From NCBI RefSeq assembly GCF_006345805.1, contig NC_042999.1:139686001-139750000 (forward strand): a DNA stretch of 64,000 nucleotides, read 5' to 3'. How positions within the stretch are numbered: position 1 is the first letter of the stretch; every line of letters starts with the position of its first letter. The position numbers were made by a program, and so were the translations under genes. Below the pieces are notes generated by a model that did not search any database, was not told the DNA's origin, and saw nothing but the letters and a program-made list of their open reading frames with translations. This DNA comes from Octopus sinensis. Taxonomy: Eukaryota. This document shows positions 25,166 to 37,399 of this stretch, one piece after another.

Positions 25166-26738
25166 CTGAAATATATAAAAAAAAAGATCTTGAGATTTAT
25201 AAAATAATTAATACCAGGGAAAATCTCTTAAAACATTTTTCACTTTTAACTATAAATCTTTTCTTTAATCAGAGTATAGTTATAAGTAAATACTTTCATG
25301 CATAGATACCTTTAGTTTTGGTGTTGTAATTAAATTCTATAGAGCATATCTAAAAGGATAAGAATTGGCCTAGTTTCAAAAATGAAACGATAATTCTCTC
25401 TATGAATTCTGTAGTTCATATTTTGCCAGAGCTGTGTTACAAATAGTCTGAAAAAATTTAAAGGATCAAAAATTTTTAATACAGCATTAGCACAAATTAG
25501 GTGACATAGCAACTGAAATGTCAGAATGTCTTCATGAAGTATGAAACACAATACATGATATAAGGATATTTTTATCTCAACTGAAATACTTTCTTAAACT
25601 TTTTTACTTTTTCCCCACCATCCCAATATTAAAATGTTTTTCATTATATCATTACCAGGCCAATAGTTGAGTGCATTTGCCTCAAGGCTATAGGCATATA
25701 ACAGACTTTTAAAGTAGTACAGATCAGGTTATATCAGTGTTTTTTTAAGTCAAAGAAAATAAGGAATGATTTTAAAAACAACAGCATGGAAAACGGACGT
25801 TAAACGATGATGATGATGAAATGGAACAGTCAATTTGAACACATGCACAACTTGTCCATATCCTTTTGTAGGTTTATTGAGCTGTTTGGGAAAATAATTG
25901 TTTTTTGAAAACTACTTACCAACTAAGGATTAGATATGAGAACTACCTGTAATAACCATACAGAAAATACGTGTTACTTCCCTTTAAATTCAGACTTAGA
26001 TAGAAATTAGGTAAATATCGCCATTTCCACCAACTACAACTGAATATTTTATGAAAACTTCGCCCCAGAGAATTCAGAAATGTTCATCATCAACATTTTA
26101 CATCCGAATTTCCATGCTGACATGGGCTAAATATAACCCACATAGGCTGGGTAGATTTAATCAATACTACTAGCCCTGGAGAGGATATCTGCAACATACA
26201 CTGTATCAGTTTTTATTGAGAGTTAACACTCCCCTGGAAGCTTTGTTTGTAGAGTTCATGCATCTTTCATTTTTCTTCTCACTTTTTTTTCTAGCATGAA
26301 TTTTGCAGTTGGATGCTGTTCCTTTAAAGAAACTTCATTTTGGGTTTATGGTTTATAGATACTTATCAATAAAATGTTGGAAAATTGTTTTACAATATTT
26401 TTTGGACTATTTACATATTTTTTAAAGATTTTTGTCTTGACAGCTCCATTGAAGACTTACACTTTAAACCTTTTCTGACTCTTCAATTTGTAGAATTGTA
26501 GAAAATATATTTTAAAAAATAAATATTTTTGAACGCAAGTACTAGCTTCAAAGCATCACAAACTCTTTAGGAAAATGGCTCTCTTTCATTATGATTGTTT
26601 TCAGTGAGCTTTCTGGTTTTTGTTCTAGCATTCTCAATTGAATTTTTTCAGGGTTATAAAGCTCAAAGAAAAACAGATATAGGAAAACATTAAAAAAGAT
26701 TAAAAAATTAACATAATAAAGTCTTTAATTAAACTTAC

Positions 26739-27033
26739 CATCACTGTAGATAAACCATTGTCAATACTAGCATCACATAATTTTCCACTCTTCCATAGCA
26801 ATGCCAGGCTGGACATTACATTTTTCTGATGATCAGCAAGAATAAATATTTTCTTCCCTTGAGGCTGTGGTATTTCAAAGGTCTTTGGTTGTGTAGTAGG
26901 TACTGGAACTGGAAAGGTAGAGAAATGAACTGGATCTGGCATATTTTCTGACTCCTCAACCACACAGATAAGGTTTTTGATTGAAGGTTTCTGAGAATTT
27001 TCAGCCATCTTAGAGATATGACCAATATTTTGC
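26739..27033 (-). CDS. BTB gene B, constant exon 2
   Basis: Acceptor tttcag|G at 27033 (phase 2). Reads DHQKNVMSSLALLWKSGKLCDASIDNGLSTVM. Donor ATG|GTAAGT at 26739. Confidence 0.88.
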
Positions 27034-27127
27034 CTGAAATTCATTGAGATAAAAATTATGATAAATGCATGAACTCAACAGAAAATACTTGCATAGTAAG
27101 AAGCTATGACAAAATTTATTTAGTTAC

Positions 27128-27327
27128 CTGTCAGTAAAATCATTTTCTTGACAATTTTTCTTTAATTTCAAATTTTCTTCCTGAAATTCCTTGGGAAAAG
27201 TCTGCTTCTTAGGAATTTTGGCAGGTGGAGATGGAGGATGGTCACTGTCTGAGATAAGAACTGTAGCAGGAGAGCTGGGAGGTTGCTTTTTTTTGTTTAA
27301 ATATAAGTTTTTATTTGATGATCCAGC
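27128..27327 (-). CDS. BTB gene B, constant exon 1 (not in the ORF track)
   Basis: Acceptor ttgtag|GCT at 27327 (phase 0). Translates openly as AGSSNKNLYLNKKKQPPSSPATVLISDSDHPPSPPAKIPKKQ..., homologous to gene A AGPSN...SPAKIQKKQ. Donor AG|GTAACT at 27128 (phase 2). Confidence 0.85.
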
Positions 27328-28419
27328 CTACAATAATAAAATAGATTCTTTAAGAACAGAAAACAGGTTTGAACTTTTATGCAGAAAAATATCTCTACAT
27401 TATGCAGAAAATGTCAAGTTTTATTAATTTCTAATGAAGTGAGAGAATATGACCTTAGATAAGCTTCATGAATCTGGTACAAACTAGCATCTTACTCAGA
27501 GTACAGCAATGTACCACTGATCAGTTGTGAATCAAAACCTTAGCCACAGGCTTGCACTTTGTTATAAAAGACAACAATTGTTTTTAGAGAAGAGTTCAAG
27601 TCTTAAATTATATTTTGATTACTAATTGTCAGACTCAAGTGAAACAGCTTGAGTCTGACTCTCAACTGTAAATATTTCACATCAATTACATTACTAATTC
27701 TCTTGCAAAAGGCATTGGTATCACACACTTCCTTTCCTACTACTCAACAAATTCTAGTATTTTATCCCTTTGCTGGATACTGTAGAATAACAGTTAGTAG
27801 CTAAGAAAGCTTGTCTATGACTTTGCTTAATTTTGTTGTAGCTATTTCACTTCATCAACATTTTAAAGTTTCTGAAAAAAGGCGTGAACATCATAAAATT
27901 TCTTTCTCATAGTCATACAAATCTGAAGCCACACACCCGAGTAAGAAATCCTTATTTATAGCTAAAGAGTAGTACAGCTTATAAAATAACCGAGCATAAT
28001 CTGACTCTACAGACCTACCAGTGATCAGTTTACTTGAATTCATGAACAATCAGTTACAGAAACATAATATATTTCATCATCAACAATAAGGCATGGTTTC
28101 AATTGCCACATGACTTTTTCAATCGGTAATTTTCATCAAGTTAAAATTTGTCATAACTACACCTGCAACTGTACAATATGGTTTGTTTATTTGTAGCAGC
28201 TTAACACCTCTTTCAACCAGTCCTGCCTCAAAATTTATTATCCAATGGTTTGCCAAAAATAGTTAGGATTATACTTGCAAGATTTATTTTTTTACAAAAG
28301 GGCTAAATGGTTTTAAGCATATTGATGTTATGAACATGAAACACATGGTTCTACATCAACAATCTAGCATACAAATACAAAAAGTATATAAGTACACAGA
28401 CAGAGAGAGAAAAGTGCAA

Positions 28420-29425
28420 ACATAGCTGTGTGGTTAAGAAGTTCACTTCCATGGTTTGGAATTCAATCCAACTGCATGGACTGGGCAAGTATCTCTCTAT
28501 AGCCAACCAAAGCCTTGTGAGTGGATTTGGTAGATGGGAACTGAAAGAAGCCCATTATATGTGTATGAGTTTGAGTCATGTCTTGGAATTGTAGGCTTAC
28601 CAATACCTTGTGAGTGAATTTGGTTGATGGAAACTGCATGGAAGCTTTTACATCTGTATACATGCACATATAAGTATGTGTGTGCACACAGTTATGTTTA
28701 CGTCTTGTCATTTGACAATTGTGTTTATTGGTGTCCTGATAATTTAGTAGTGAGACAAAAAGAGATGAATGATTGCAAAAGTTTGATGGTGACATCAGTT
28801 TACAATTAGAGCACAATAGCAGGACAAGAAGACACAAACACACACACATATTATGCTTGCTCTCTATGCACACATGAGCTGGATGGTTCAACAGGATCTG
28901 ACAGCTTGCTTCCTAACCACATATGGTTCTGGCTTCGGTCCCATGGCGTGGCACCTTGGGCAAGTGTCTTCTACTGTAGCTTCAGGCCAACCAAAGCTTT
29001 GTGAGTGGATTTGGTAGACAGAAACTGAAAGAAGCCCATTGTGAGTGTGTGTGAGAGGGTGTGTTTGTGTTCGTCCCCTACTACTGCCTGACGACCAGTG
29101 TTGATGTGTTTATGTCCCTGTAACATAGCAGTTTGGCAAAAGAGACTGATAGAATATGTACCAGATTTAATAAAAAAATTACTGGGGTTGATTCATTCAA
29201 CTAAAAATTTTTAGGGCAGTGCCCCAGTATGGCTGCAGTCTAATAACTGAAACAAGTAATAGAATACACACACACAAACAAACATAATAGGCTACATTCA
29301 ATTTCCTTCTATCAAATCGACCTACAAACTTTTGTTCAGTCTGAGGCTATTCCAGAAGATACTTGCACAAGGTGTCACACAGTGGGACTGAACCCAAATT
29401 CACATTGTTGTGAAGCAAGCCACTT
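28420..29425. mobile_element. Cluster of decayed family-1 SINE copies
   Basis: gtgagtggatttggtaga...aactgaaagaagccc cores at about 28520, 28610 and 29000, with an inverted fragment at about 29290-29425. Confidence 0.75.
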
Positions 29426-29979
29426 AACAAGAGTCATACCTGCACGCACACACATTTCTTCCAGAGAGTGACAAGTTCGAAAGAAGTTGTGTGTGGCCAC
29501 TTAGAATAAAGAAATCAAAGATAAGTCTGAGAGTGAATAAATCCATAATTGTTTGTCTGACAAAATATATTTTTCGAACTAACGATAGAGCACCTAATAC
29601 ACTTTGTAAAGTGGTTGGCGTTAGGAAGAGCATCCGACCAAAGCAGACAACAGAGCTTGGCACAGTCCTCTTGCTTGCTAGCTTCTGTCAAACGGCACAG
29701 ATCACGGCAGTATGGGAAACGGACGTTAAACGATGATGATAATGTACGTGTGTGTACATGCACACACATACACATTCATTTATTATTATTACTATTATTG
29801 TTATTATTATTAATCGGCAGAAGTTACAATGTGAGTCAAGGGCCGGGCGTTTCATGATGTCATTTACCAAACTGACAGTTTGATAAGTAGCATGCACGAA
29901 TCTCTCGAGCCTAGAGTCATTTCGTAACTCCTACTGATTAATATTAATAAATAATAATACTATATATATAATACACGCA

Positions 29980-30038
<59 letters not shown>

Positions 30039-30311
30039 AAATCATCATAACACCACATCCACGCATACAAAGAGTGTGTCTATATAAACTATTCTTGTGT
30101 GTTTGTATAAACAGACACTAGTTAACTAGTATATTTGGGTTTTAGAACAGCTTCGTAAAATGAAAACTAACCTAAAATGAATGTCTGAATTAGATTATTT
30201 ATTGGTTAATAACACGCGTGTTGATCGATTACCAACAGACCTGTTAGATATTGACGTGTCTCAAATCGATGCAACGTAGCATTTATTGACAAATATGGTG
30301 ATAGTACTTAC

Positions 30312-30749
30312 CAAGTTCGCAATTTCTGCTCTCTTTTTAAATTTATGAAACCAACCTTGACTAGCCTTAAATGGACGAATTTCGTAATCTGAACTACGGG
30401 GGAAGCTTTTCTTCACATGTTCATAAATCTCTAGGGCTTTTTCACGAATAACTTCCATATTTACTTGGTCCCCCTTCTTTTGCTTTTCCTTTATCCACAT
30501 TAACAAACGCTTCTCAACTTCGACTATGAAAGACCTGTTTTTAAAGACTCTGGTTGATTTATCAATTACCTTCACAGATTTTAGTCTTTCTTTTTGGGCA
30601 CATATGGTTGCAACAGTCGAAGGGGGAAGCCCGTATTCAGCACAAAGAACTCTTCTTTTAAAGCCTTGTTCGAATTTGTTGATAATTTCCTGTTTTTGTT
30701 GGATCGTTATGACTTTGCGCTTCGTCTTTGTTTTGGGTTTAGATGACAT
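30312..30749 (-). CDS. Variable first exon B-V2: CENP-B/Tigger-type DNA-binding region (HTH_psq plus HTH_Tnp_Tc5), 146 codons
   Basis: ATG at 30749. Reads KRKVITIQQKQEII...YGLPPSTVATI, EVEKRLLMWIKEKQ and FKASQGWFHKFKKR. No DDE domain follows. Phase-0 donor TTG|GTAAGT at 30312. Confidence 0.85.
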
Positions 30750-31286
30750 GACTATTCGAAAATTTATTTTGCAAAACAGAACAGAGACAAATTTTCAATG
30801 AGAGTTAAGTGGGGGGAAAAAAGCCTTAATTTTAACTCCAGTTACGTGAAGTTAACATTCAAGTAAAAACGTGATCTCGTACGGCTCTCGTTAATGTACT
30901 ATAAAGTGATGAACGTTAAACGAATTGTCGCGTCATGAAGAACTTGTTAACCGAAGTAGGAAAGAAACACACACTCACATATACATCAACATTCTGAGAA
31001 AACCGTTAAAAGAGATGGATAGTAAATGTCACTATTCCTATTCACATAAATAAACCTTATGAAAGAGGAGGAGTTTCGTCTCTAACCTTTGTCGTGAAAA
31101 TATGGGTGTAGGTTATATTTGACACTTCGTAAACAAGCCAACAGACGTAATATTTTTTGTCAAGACTGTGTCACCATTACGAGTTACACACGATCATGTA
31201 TTGATTCACAACTCAAAACAATTTATAAAGACAAAATACTATTTCCATGCCCTAAAATACAAGCGTTGTATAAACAATAATAGGTA

Positions 31287-32737
31287 TTGATTCTTTCACC
31301 CGCACGATTTTTACTAAGAAAAAAAAAACTCGGATTTTTTGCGTGGACTCAAGTACCCTGACCTCCTAATATACTGCAAACTCCTTTTTTTTTTGTTCGG
31401 AAAAAAAAGGATGGGGGGAAAACCGGACCTCCCACCTACCCACCCACATCCCGAAATCACTGGAAATTTTTTTTCATTGAGTAAATTCCGTTGACCTAAT
31501 ATGCTACAAAACCTTTTTTGGGGTCAGGAAAACGGGGTGGGGTGGAACCCTCGGAAATGTCACCCTCCTCCCCATTTTCAAATATGTTTTGCTATTTCTT
31601 TCTTTATCCATAATTTTAGATAACATTTTGCAGAAATACGATTTCGAGAGAGTGTGGATTACATTAGATTGAAAATTCAAAAAAGTTTGAAATGAATAAG
31701 TGAAAATGCAGAGGTTATAGAAGTTAGTGGTAACGAAGTGCGGAGAGATAAACGATGAATTCATCTTTAGAAAAACACGTTAGAGTTTTTGCATGTATGA
31801 GTGAAACGGAACAAAGTATAATATTAACAAAATATCTTAAAAATCACTGGATATAATACATATAATAATCCCGAATAGATTTTCCTGGCTTGCCAGTCTT
31901 GTCAAACCGTCCAACCCATGCCAGAATGGAAAGCGGACATTAAACGATGATGGTGATGATGATGTATAATGATATATATATATATAATTATGACAGATTG
32001 TTATCCATTCAATGTTTAAGTAAACTTCGTCACCCTCTCTCTCTCTCCACATAAAAATGAAACAAATTTCGGCGCCAAAAATTGCAAAGGGAAAATCTAT
32101 TTTTGGTGCCAAAATGTGTTTCATTTTTTTGTGTGGAGAAAACGTATTTCTGCAAAATATTATCTAAAATTAAGAGTAAAGAAAGAAATAGCAAAAATTA
32201 TTTGAAAATGAGGATGAGGTGAAATTTCCGAGGATCCCACCCAACTCCGTTTTCCAGACCCAAAAAAGGGTTTTGTAGCATATTAGGTCACCGGAATTTA
32301 GTCAATTAAAAAAAAAAAAAATTCCCAATGATTCTGAGATGGAGGATCCGGTTTTCCACACACCCTTTTTTCCAAACAAAAATAAGGGGTTTGCAGCATA
32401 TTAGGAGGTCAGGTTACTTGATTCCATGCAAAAAACCAGAGTTTTAGTTTTTCTTAGTGAAAATCATACAAGTGAAAAGATCAATGGAGGTGGGAGGTGA
32501 AATTTCTGGACCCAAAAACGGTTTTGTAGCATATTAGAAAGTCACCAGAATTCATTCAATGGAAGAAAAAATTTCCCATGATTCCGGGATATGGAGGGAG
32601 GGGTGACCGGACCTCCTTCCTTTTTCCAAATAAAAATAAGGAGTTTGCAGCATATTAGGTGGTCAGGGTACTTAATTCCATGCAAAAATTGTGAGGGTTT
32701 TTTTTCTGAGTGAAAATCGTGCGGGTGAAAGGATCAA
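31287..32737. mobile_element. Foldback element with long inverted arms; right arm partly tandem-duplicated
   Basis: ttgattctttcacccgcacgatttt at 31287 versus aaaatcgtgcgggtgaaaggatcaa ending at 32737. 31287-31645 is inverted at about 32140-32485 and again at about 32490-32737. Confidence 0.8.
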
Positions 32738-32879
32738 AATCTACTCAATAATATCAAGATGTTTAAAAGAATCATCTACATGAATACATGTGGAGTGGTA
32801 CATGTGAACATATTATCCTTATTTAGCTGTATATTGTGTTTTTTCACCTACTGAATAACAGAGAGCATATCCAATTGGA

Positions 32880-33215
32880 GATTTGTCAGGTCTCTTACAT
32901 TTAGAAGCCTTCAGACATCTGCATAAATTCTTATGTTGTCTTTGATGAAGTCAGTGATGTCATTAAAGTAAATTATGAATAGAAGGGAACCCGATATTGT
33001 GCCTTGTGGGACTCCACAAATGACTCTTACTGAGCTTGATCAAACATCATTGATCACCACATGCCGAGTATCGTTCACCAGGAAGCACTCAATCCACTTA
33101 ATAATTTCTCTCAGACTCCGATTTTGAATTGTTTCTCTAACAGGATGCTGCGATCAACCTTGTCAGAGGCCTAGCTGAGGCCAAAGTACATGACCTCTGC
33201 TTTGGAGCAGATATA
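32880..33215 (-). mobile_element. CR1/L2-type LINE RT fragment
   Basis: Minus strand reads CGVPQGTISGSLLFIIYFNDI and a degenerate DKVDR motif. Confidence 0.7.
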
Positions 33216-33574
33216 TTGTTGTAGTGAAAATGGTACTCCCCTTCCCATGTGACAAAGTGGTATGATAGACCACTATAAAGTCAGTCGTTGTAGGAGGTCA
33301 GTAATAGAAGAGTCATTGTATGAGTTCTCAGTTGGAGTTGGTATCAGTCACGTGTTACATAGACATTGAAAAAAGTTTTTTTCATGCAAACAACATTGAA
33401 AAATTTTTCATGTGGAAAAATTAAAAACTTGACACAGGAATAACAAACATTTTTGTTGTACATATTTTACAAAAAATCCATAAAATTATGGGAAACTTTT
33501 GCTCGACTAAAGGCAGTGCTCCAGCATGGCCGCATCAAATGACTGAAACAAGTAAAAGAGTAAAAGAGTAAAGG

Positions 33575-34750
33575 GTCTAGTTGAGTTGCAAAAACAAGAA
33601 CAACAAGTGTTACATCAACAACTGCTACAACTAATTAAGTTAGTAACAAAACTGGAAAATACATTTTCGCCAGACCAAGCAGCAAATTCAATAAATGAAT
33701 TTAAATATGACCCAAAAGAAGGAGTCACCTTCGATGCATATTACCAAAGATTTGAACAAATTTTTGAAAAATAATGCCAAGACTGGATGGACAAAATGAA
33801 AATGTATCTAATTCTGAGGAAACTGGCAATGACAGAGCATACTAAATACTGTAACTTTATACTGTCTAAAAAAAAGTTTCTGACATAAATTTCCTGGACA
33901 CAATTGACATTTTATGTAGGATGTTTAGTGAAAAAACATCATTGTTCAACACACATTGGAAGTGTTTGAACACCGAGAAAAGAGATGCCGAAGACTTTAC
34001 CACACATGTGGGTAGAAAACTGGATAAACCAACTCCAGACTTGTTCAAGTGTCTGATTTTTGCTCAGGGACTTACTGCTAAAAAGGACGCAGAAGTCAAA
34101 ATGAAAATTCTCACAAAGCTGGAAATGAACCAGGATATAACTCACCAGAAACTGCCAGAAGAGTGTGATATAATATTAAAAATAAGGCATGACACAGAAG
34201 AAATCCAACGCAGAGATTGTTTACAAATAAAACCAGTGTGGAAGAGTCAGATGGCTAAAGAATTTCACAAAAAACATGATATATAACAGGAGATAAGCCT
34301 ATGGATGGCATGCTTTTTTGAAAAGAGTGTTTGTTCAAAAAAGTAAAGTGTTTTCATTGAGGGAATACAGGACATATTAAATCGCACTGCAGAACTAAGA
34401 TGATGAAAAACTGGACCAATCAAAAAAAATAAATAGTTTGCCATCAGAGAAAAAAATTTGTACAACATTGAAAATTCATCAAGGTGAGAATCGAAACCAC
34501 TAGTGTCAAAATGCAATTAGACATGAGTAGTGACATCACCATCATAAATGAAGAAACATGGCAACAAATCAGTAAGCTGAAATTATTTAAATCAAATAAA
34601 GTAACATATGGTGTTACAGGAAAGAAATTATATTTCATCGGTGAATGTATTTGCAATGTTACTTTTCGAGGTGAAACAGAAAGGACAATCAGTTATGTGT
34701 TGAAAAAAATCACTAAACCTATTTGGCACAGAATGCATGGAGCAAAGCAA
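33575..34750 (+). mobile_element. Ty3/Gypsy LTR-retrotransposon gag-protease remnant
   Basis: FKYDPKEGVTFDAYYQRFEQIF, DLFKCLIFAQGL and a degenerate aspartic-protease motif MQLDMSSDITII, broken by stops and frameshifts. Confidence 0.7.
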
Positions 34751-35499
34751 CTTACAGGCTCTCTGAGACCAATGAGATTCATGCCATTAGTTTTCCTCTG
34801 GAATACTATATGTGATGCATATGGACAAGACCAGCTGTGTAAAGAAGTGCTAATCTCTAACTGTGAAGGGAACCTATGAAAGAGGTAGACCCAGAAAGAA
34901 ATGGGACAAGGTAATGGAGCACGATCTTCGAATGCTGGGATTCATGGAGGTAATAACAAGTGACAGAGACCTTTTGTGACATGCTGTGCTTGAAAAGACT
35001 CATCAAGCCAAGTGAAATTATAGTCGTGGCTGTTGCTGGTGTCATGTAAATGGCACCCATGAAATTGTAATTGTGACTGTTGCTAGTAACATGATATTCA
35101 AATGTTGGGCCTCACAGAGGTGATGAAAAGTGACTGAGACCTTGATGATATGCTGTGCTTGAGAAGACTCATCAAACCAAGTGAAACTGTAGCTGTGACC
35201 ATTACCAGTGTCATGTAGATGGCACCCATGAAATCGTAGTCACAGCCATTACCGGTATCATGTAAATGGCACTCATGCCAGTGGCACGTAAAAAGCACCC
35301 GTTACACTTTTGGAGTGGTTGGCATTAGGAAAGGTGCCCAGCTGTAGAAACCATGCCAAATCAGACTGGAACCTGATGCAACTCTCCAGCTTACACAGTT
35401 CCAGTCAAACAATCTAACCCATGCCAGCATGGAAAGCAGACATTAAATGATGATGGTGATGATGAAGTTAGTCAAATAGTCAGAGATTAAGAGAAATTT

Positions 35500-37135
35500 A
35501 TGGATGTATAACAAAGTGGTCAATTGGACATTCTTATGAGCTATAGATCAAATCTATGGCTGGCATAACATTCCAACCAGACAAAGGGTAATATAGTGGT
35601 GAAACAGTGAAGTAGAGAGAGCCATAAAAACAGACAGACAGGCTTGGAAAGGTTGGAAATATGGGGATAACAGATAATCACACCAGGTATAGAATAGAAG
35701 CTAGGTGACAGGTATATTTAGCAAGGGAGGAAGCAGAAGAGAAGATGTTTGCCAATATTCTAGTTTCAGAGGCATGAGGTGTTTTAGCTTGCAAGAAAGT
35801 GTATCAGACAGAATCAAGATGTGTGAAAGAAGTGTATATGAATGGATAATGGTTCACTTACATCTCGTGATTCTGGAAAGAAAGTATCACAGCAGTGTTA
35901 CTATGAAAGGCTATTAAACATGGAGAATGCATAGAAGAAACAGAGCCTTCCAAATGTGAACCTGATAACTGACAGCAGTATGATAGACAAAGCAATCAAG
36001 GGTTTGAAGACAGGGAAAGCCACTGGTCTATCAGGAATTACCTTCAATATGCTTAAACTATAGAGTGAAGTAGGATATTGTCAAGTCACTGTATAGTTAA
36101 TCCGGTTGTACAGGAAAGTATTATACCCAACAACTGGTGTAGTAGCATTATAGTCAACTTGTACAGGGGTAAAGGTGATGACTTAGGGAGGACTAATTAC
36201 AGTTGTATCAAATTGTTGAACCAGGTCTTAAAAGTTACAGAAAGAGTTCTAGCCCAACTACGTAAGAAGCAGGTGTGATGAGAGGAGATGCAATTTGATT
36301 TTGCGTTGGGGAGAAGTATCACTGATGTTCTTTTCATACTAAAGCAACTGCAGAAGTATTTAGCCCAAAATAAACCACTGTCCTTGGCTTTCTTCAGCCT
36401 GGGAAAAGCCTTCAGCAGGCGCCCTTGTCCCTTGGTCTGGTGATTGCTGTGGAAGCTAAGAGTAGATGAATGGCAAGTAAGAGCTGTGAAAAACATGTAC
36501 AGAGGCACTGTCAGTAATGTAAGAGTTAGCAATGAGTACAGTAATAAATTTAGTGTACAGGTTAAGACTTCATTAGGGCTCAGTTCTCAGTCCCACCTAT
36601 TTACCATAGAGGAGTTTGAAATCAGTTGCTTGTGTAAATTCTATGTGCCAGTGACCCTGTACTGGAATCTATAGTAGAATTAGAAAAGAAATTCTAAGTA
36701 TGGAAGAAAATCATGGAATCAAAGGGCTTTAAAGTTAACTTAAAAAAGTTCAAAGTCCAAGTAAGCAGGAAAACAGACAGCATGCTTATCTCTATGGTAA
36801 AATGGTCTTGTTTGACATATAGAAAAGGTATACATAGTAATTCTGTATGATGTATCCAGTGCAAACTATGAACACACAAGAAGTGTAATAGAATCACTGG
36901 AAGATTAACAGAAAAAAATAGACTGATTGTGGCAGATACACAAGAGCAGCGTAAAAGGCAGTACATAGTTTGTTACCTAGATGACTTAATTAACTGTAAA
37001 AAGTATAGTTGCTAGAATAAAAACTGGCTGCAGAAAGATCTCTGTTGGTAATTATTTATGTATGTGTGGAAACCTCAATAGTGCCGTTGTCCTCAGAGTG
37101 AAAGGCAGACTGTGTAATATTTGTGTAATAACTAT
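35500..37135 (+). mobile_element. RTE LINE, decayed RT region
   Basis: IPNNWCSSIIVNLYRGKGDDL..NYSCIKLL and LWKLRVDEWQVRAVKNMY. Confidence 0.8.
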
Positions 37136-37173
37136 AATCTTTTATCTTTCACTGGTTTCAGCCAGAGCTGAGG

Positions 37174-37392
37174 TCATGCTGATGCACTACCTGTAGTTAC
37201 TAAGTGTTGTTTCCAATATTGTTTTTGGTCAAGTAGCGAGTTGGACAGAGCTGCTTTTCTTTGCATCTCTTGCCGCAATGTGGGTTCATCTGGTATCTCA
37301 GATAGAAACCTGTCCAGACGTTCCTTGAAAACTTCCACATCAACACCATGTAGATATCTAAGGTTGCCTAGAAGGATGTTGAACAATTGCTA
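37174..37392 (-). mobile_element. CR1-type LINE ORF2 extreme 3' end
   Basis: LFNILL..LRYLHGVDVEVFKERLDRFLSEIPDEP...SNSLLDQ is typical of a CR1-group C-terminus. Confidence 0.65.
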
Positions 37393-37399
37393 CAGAATT

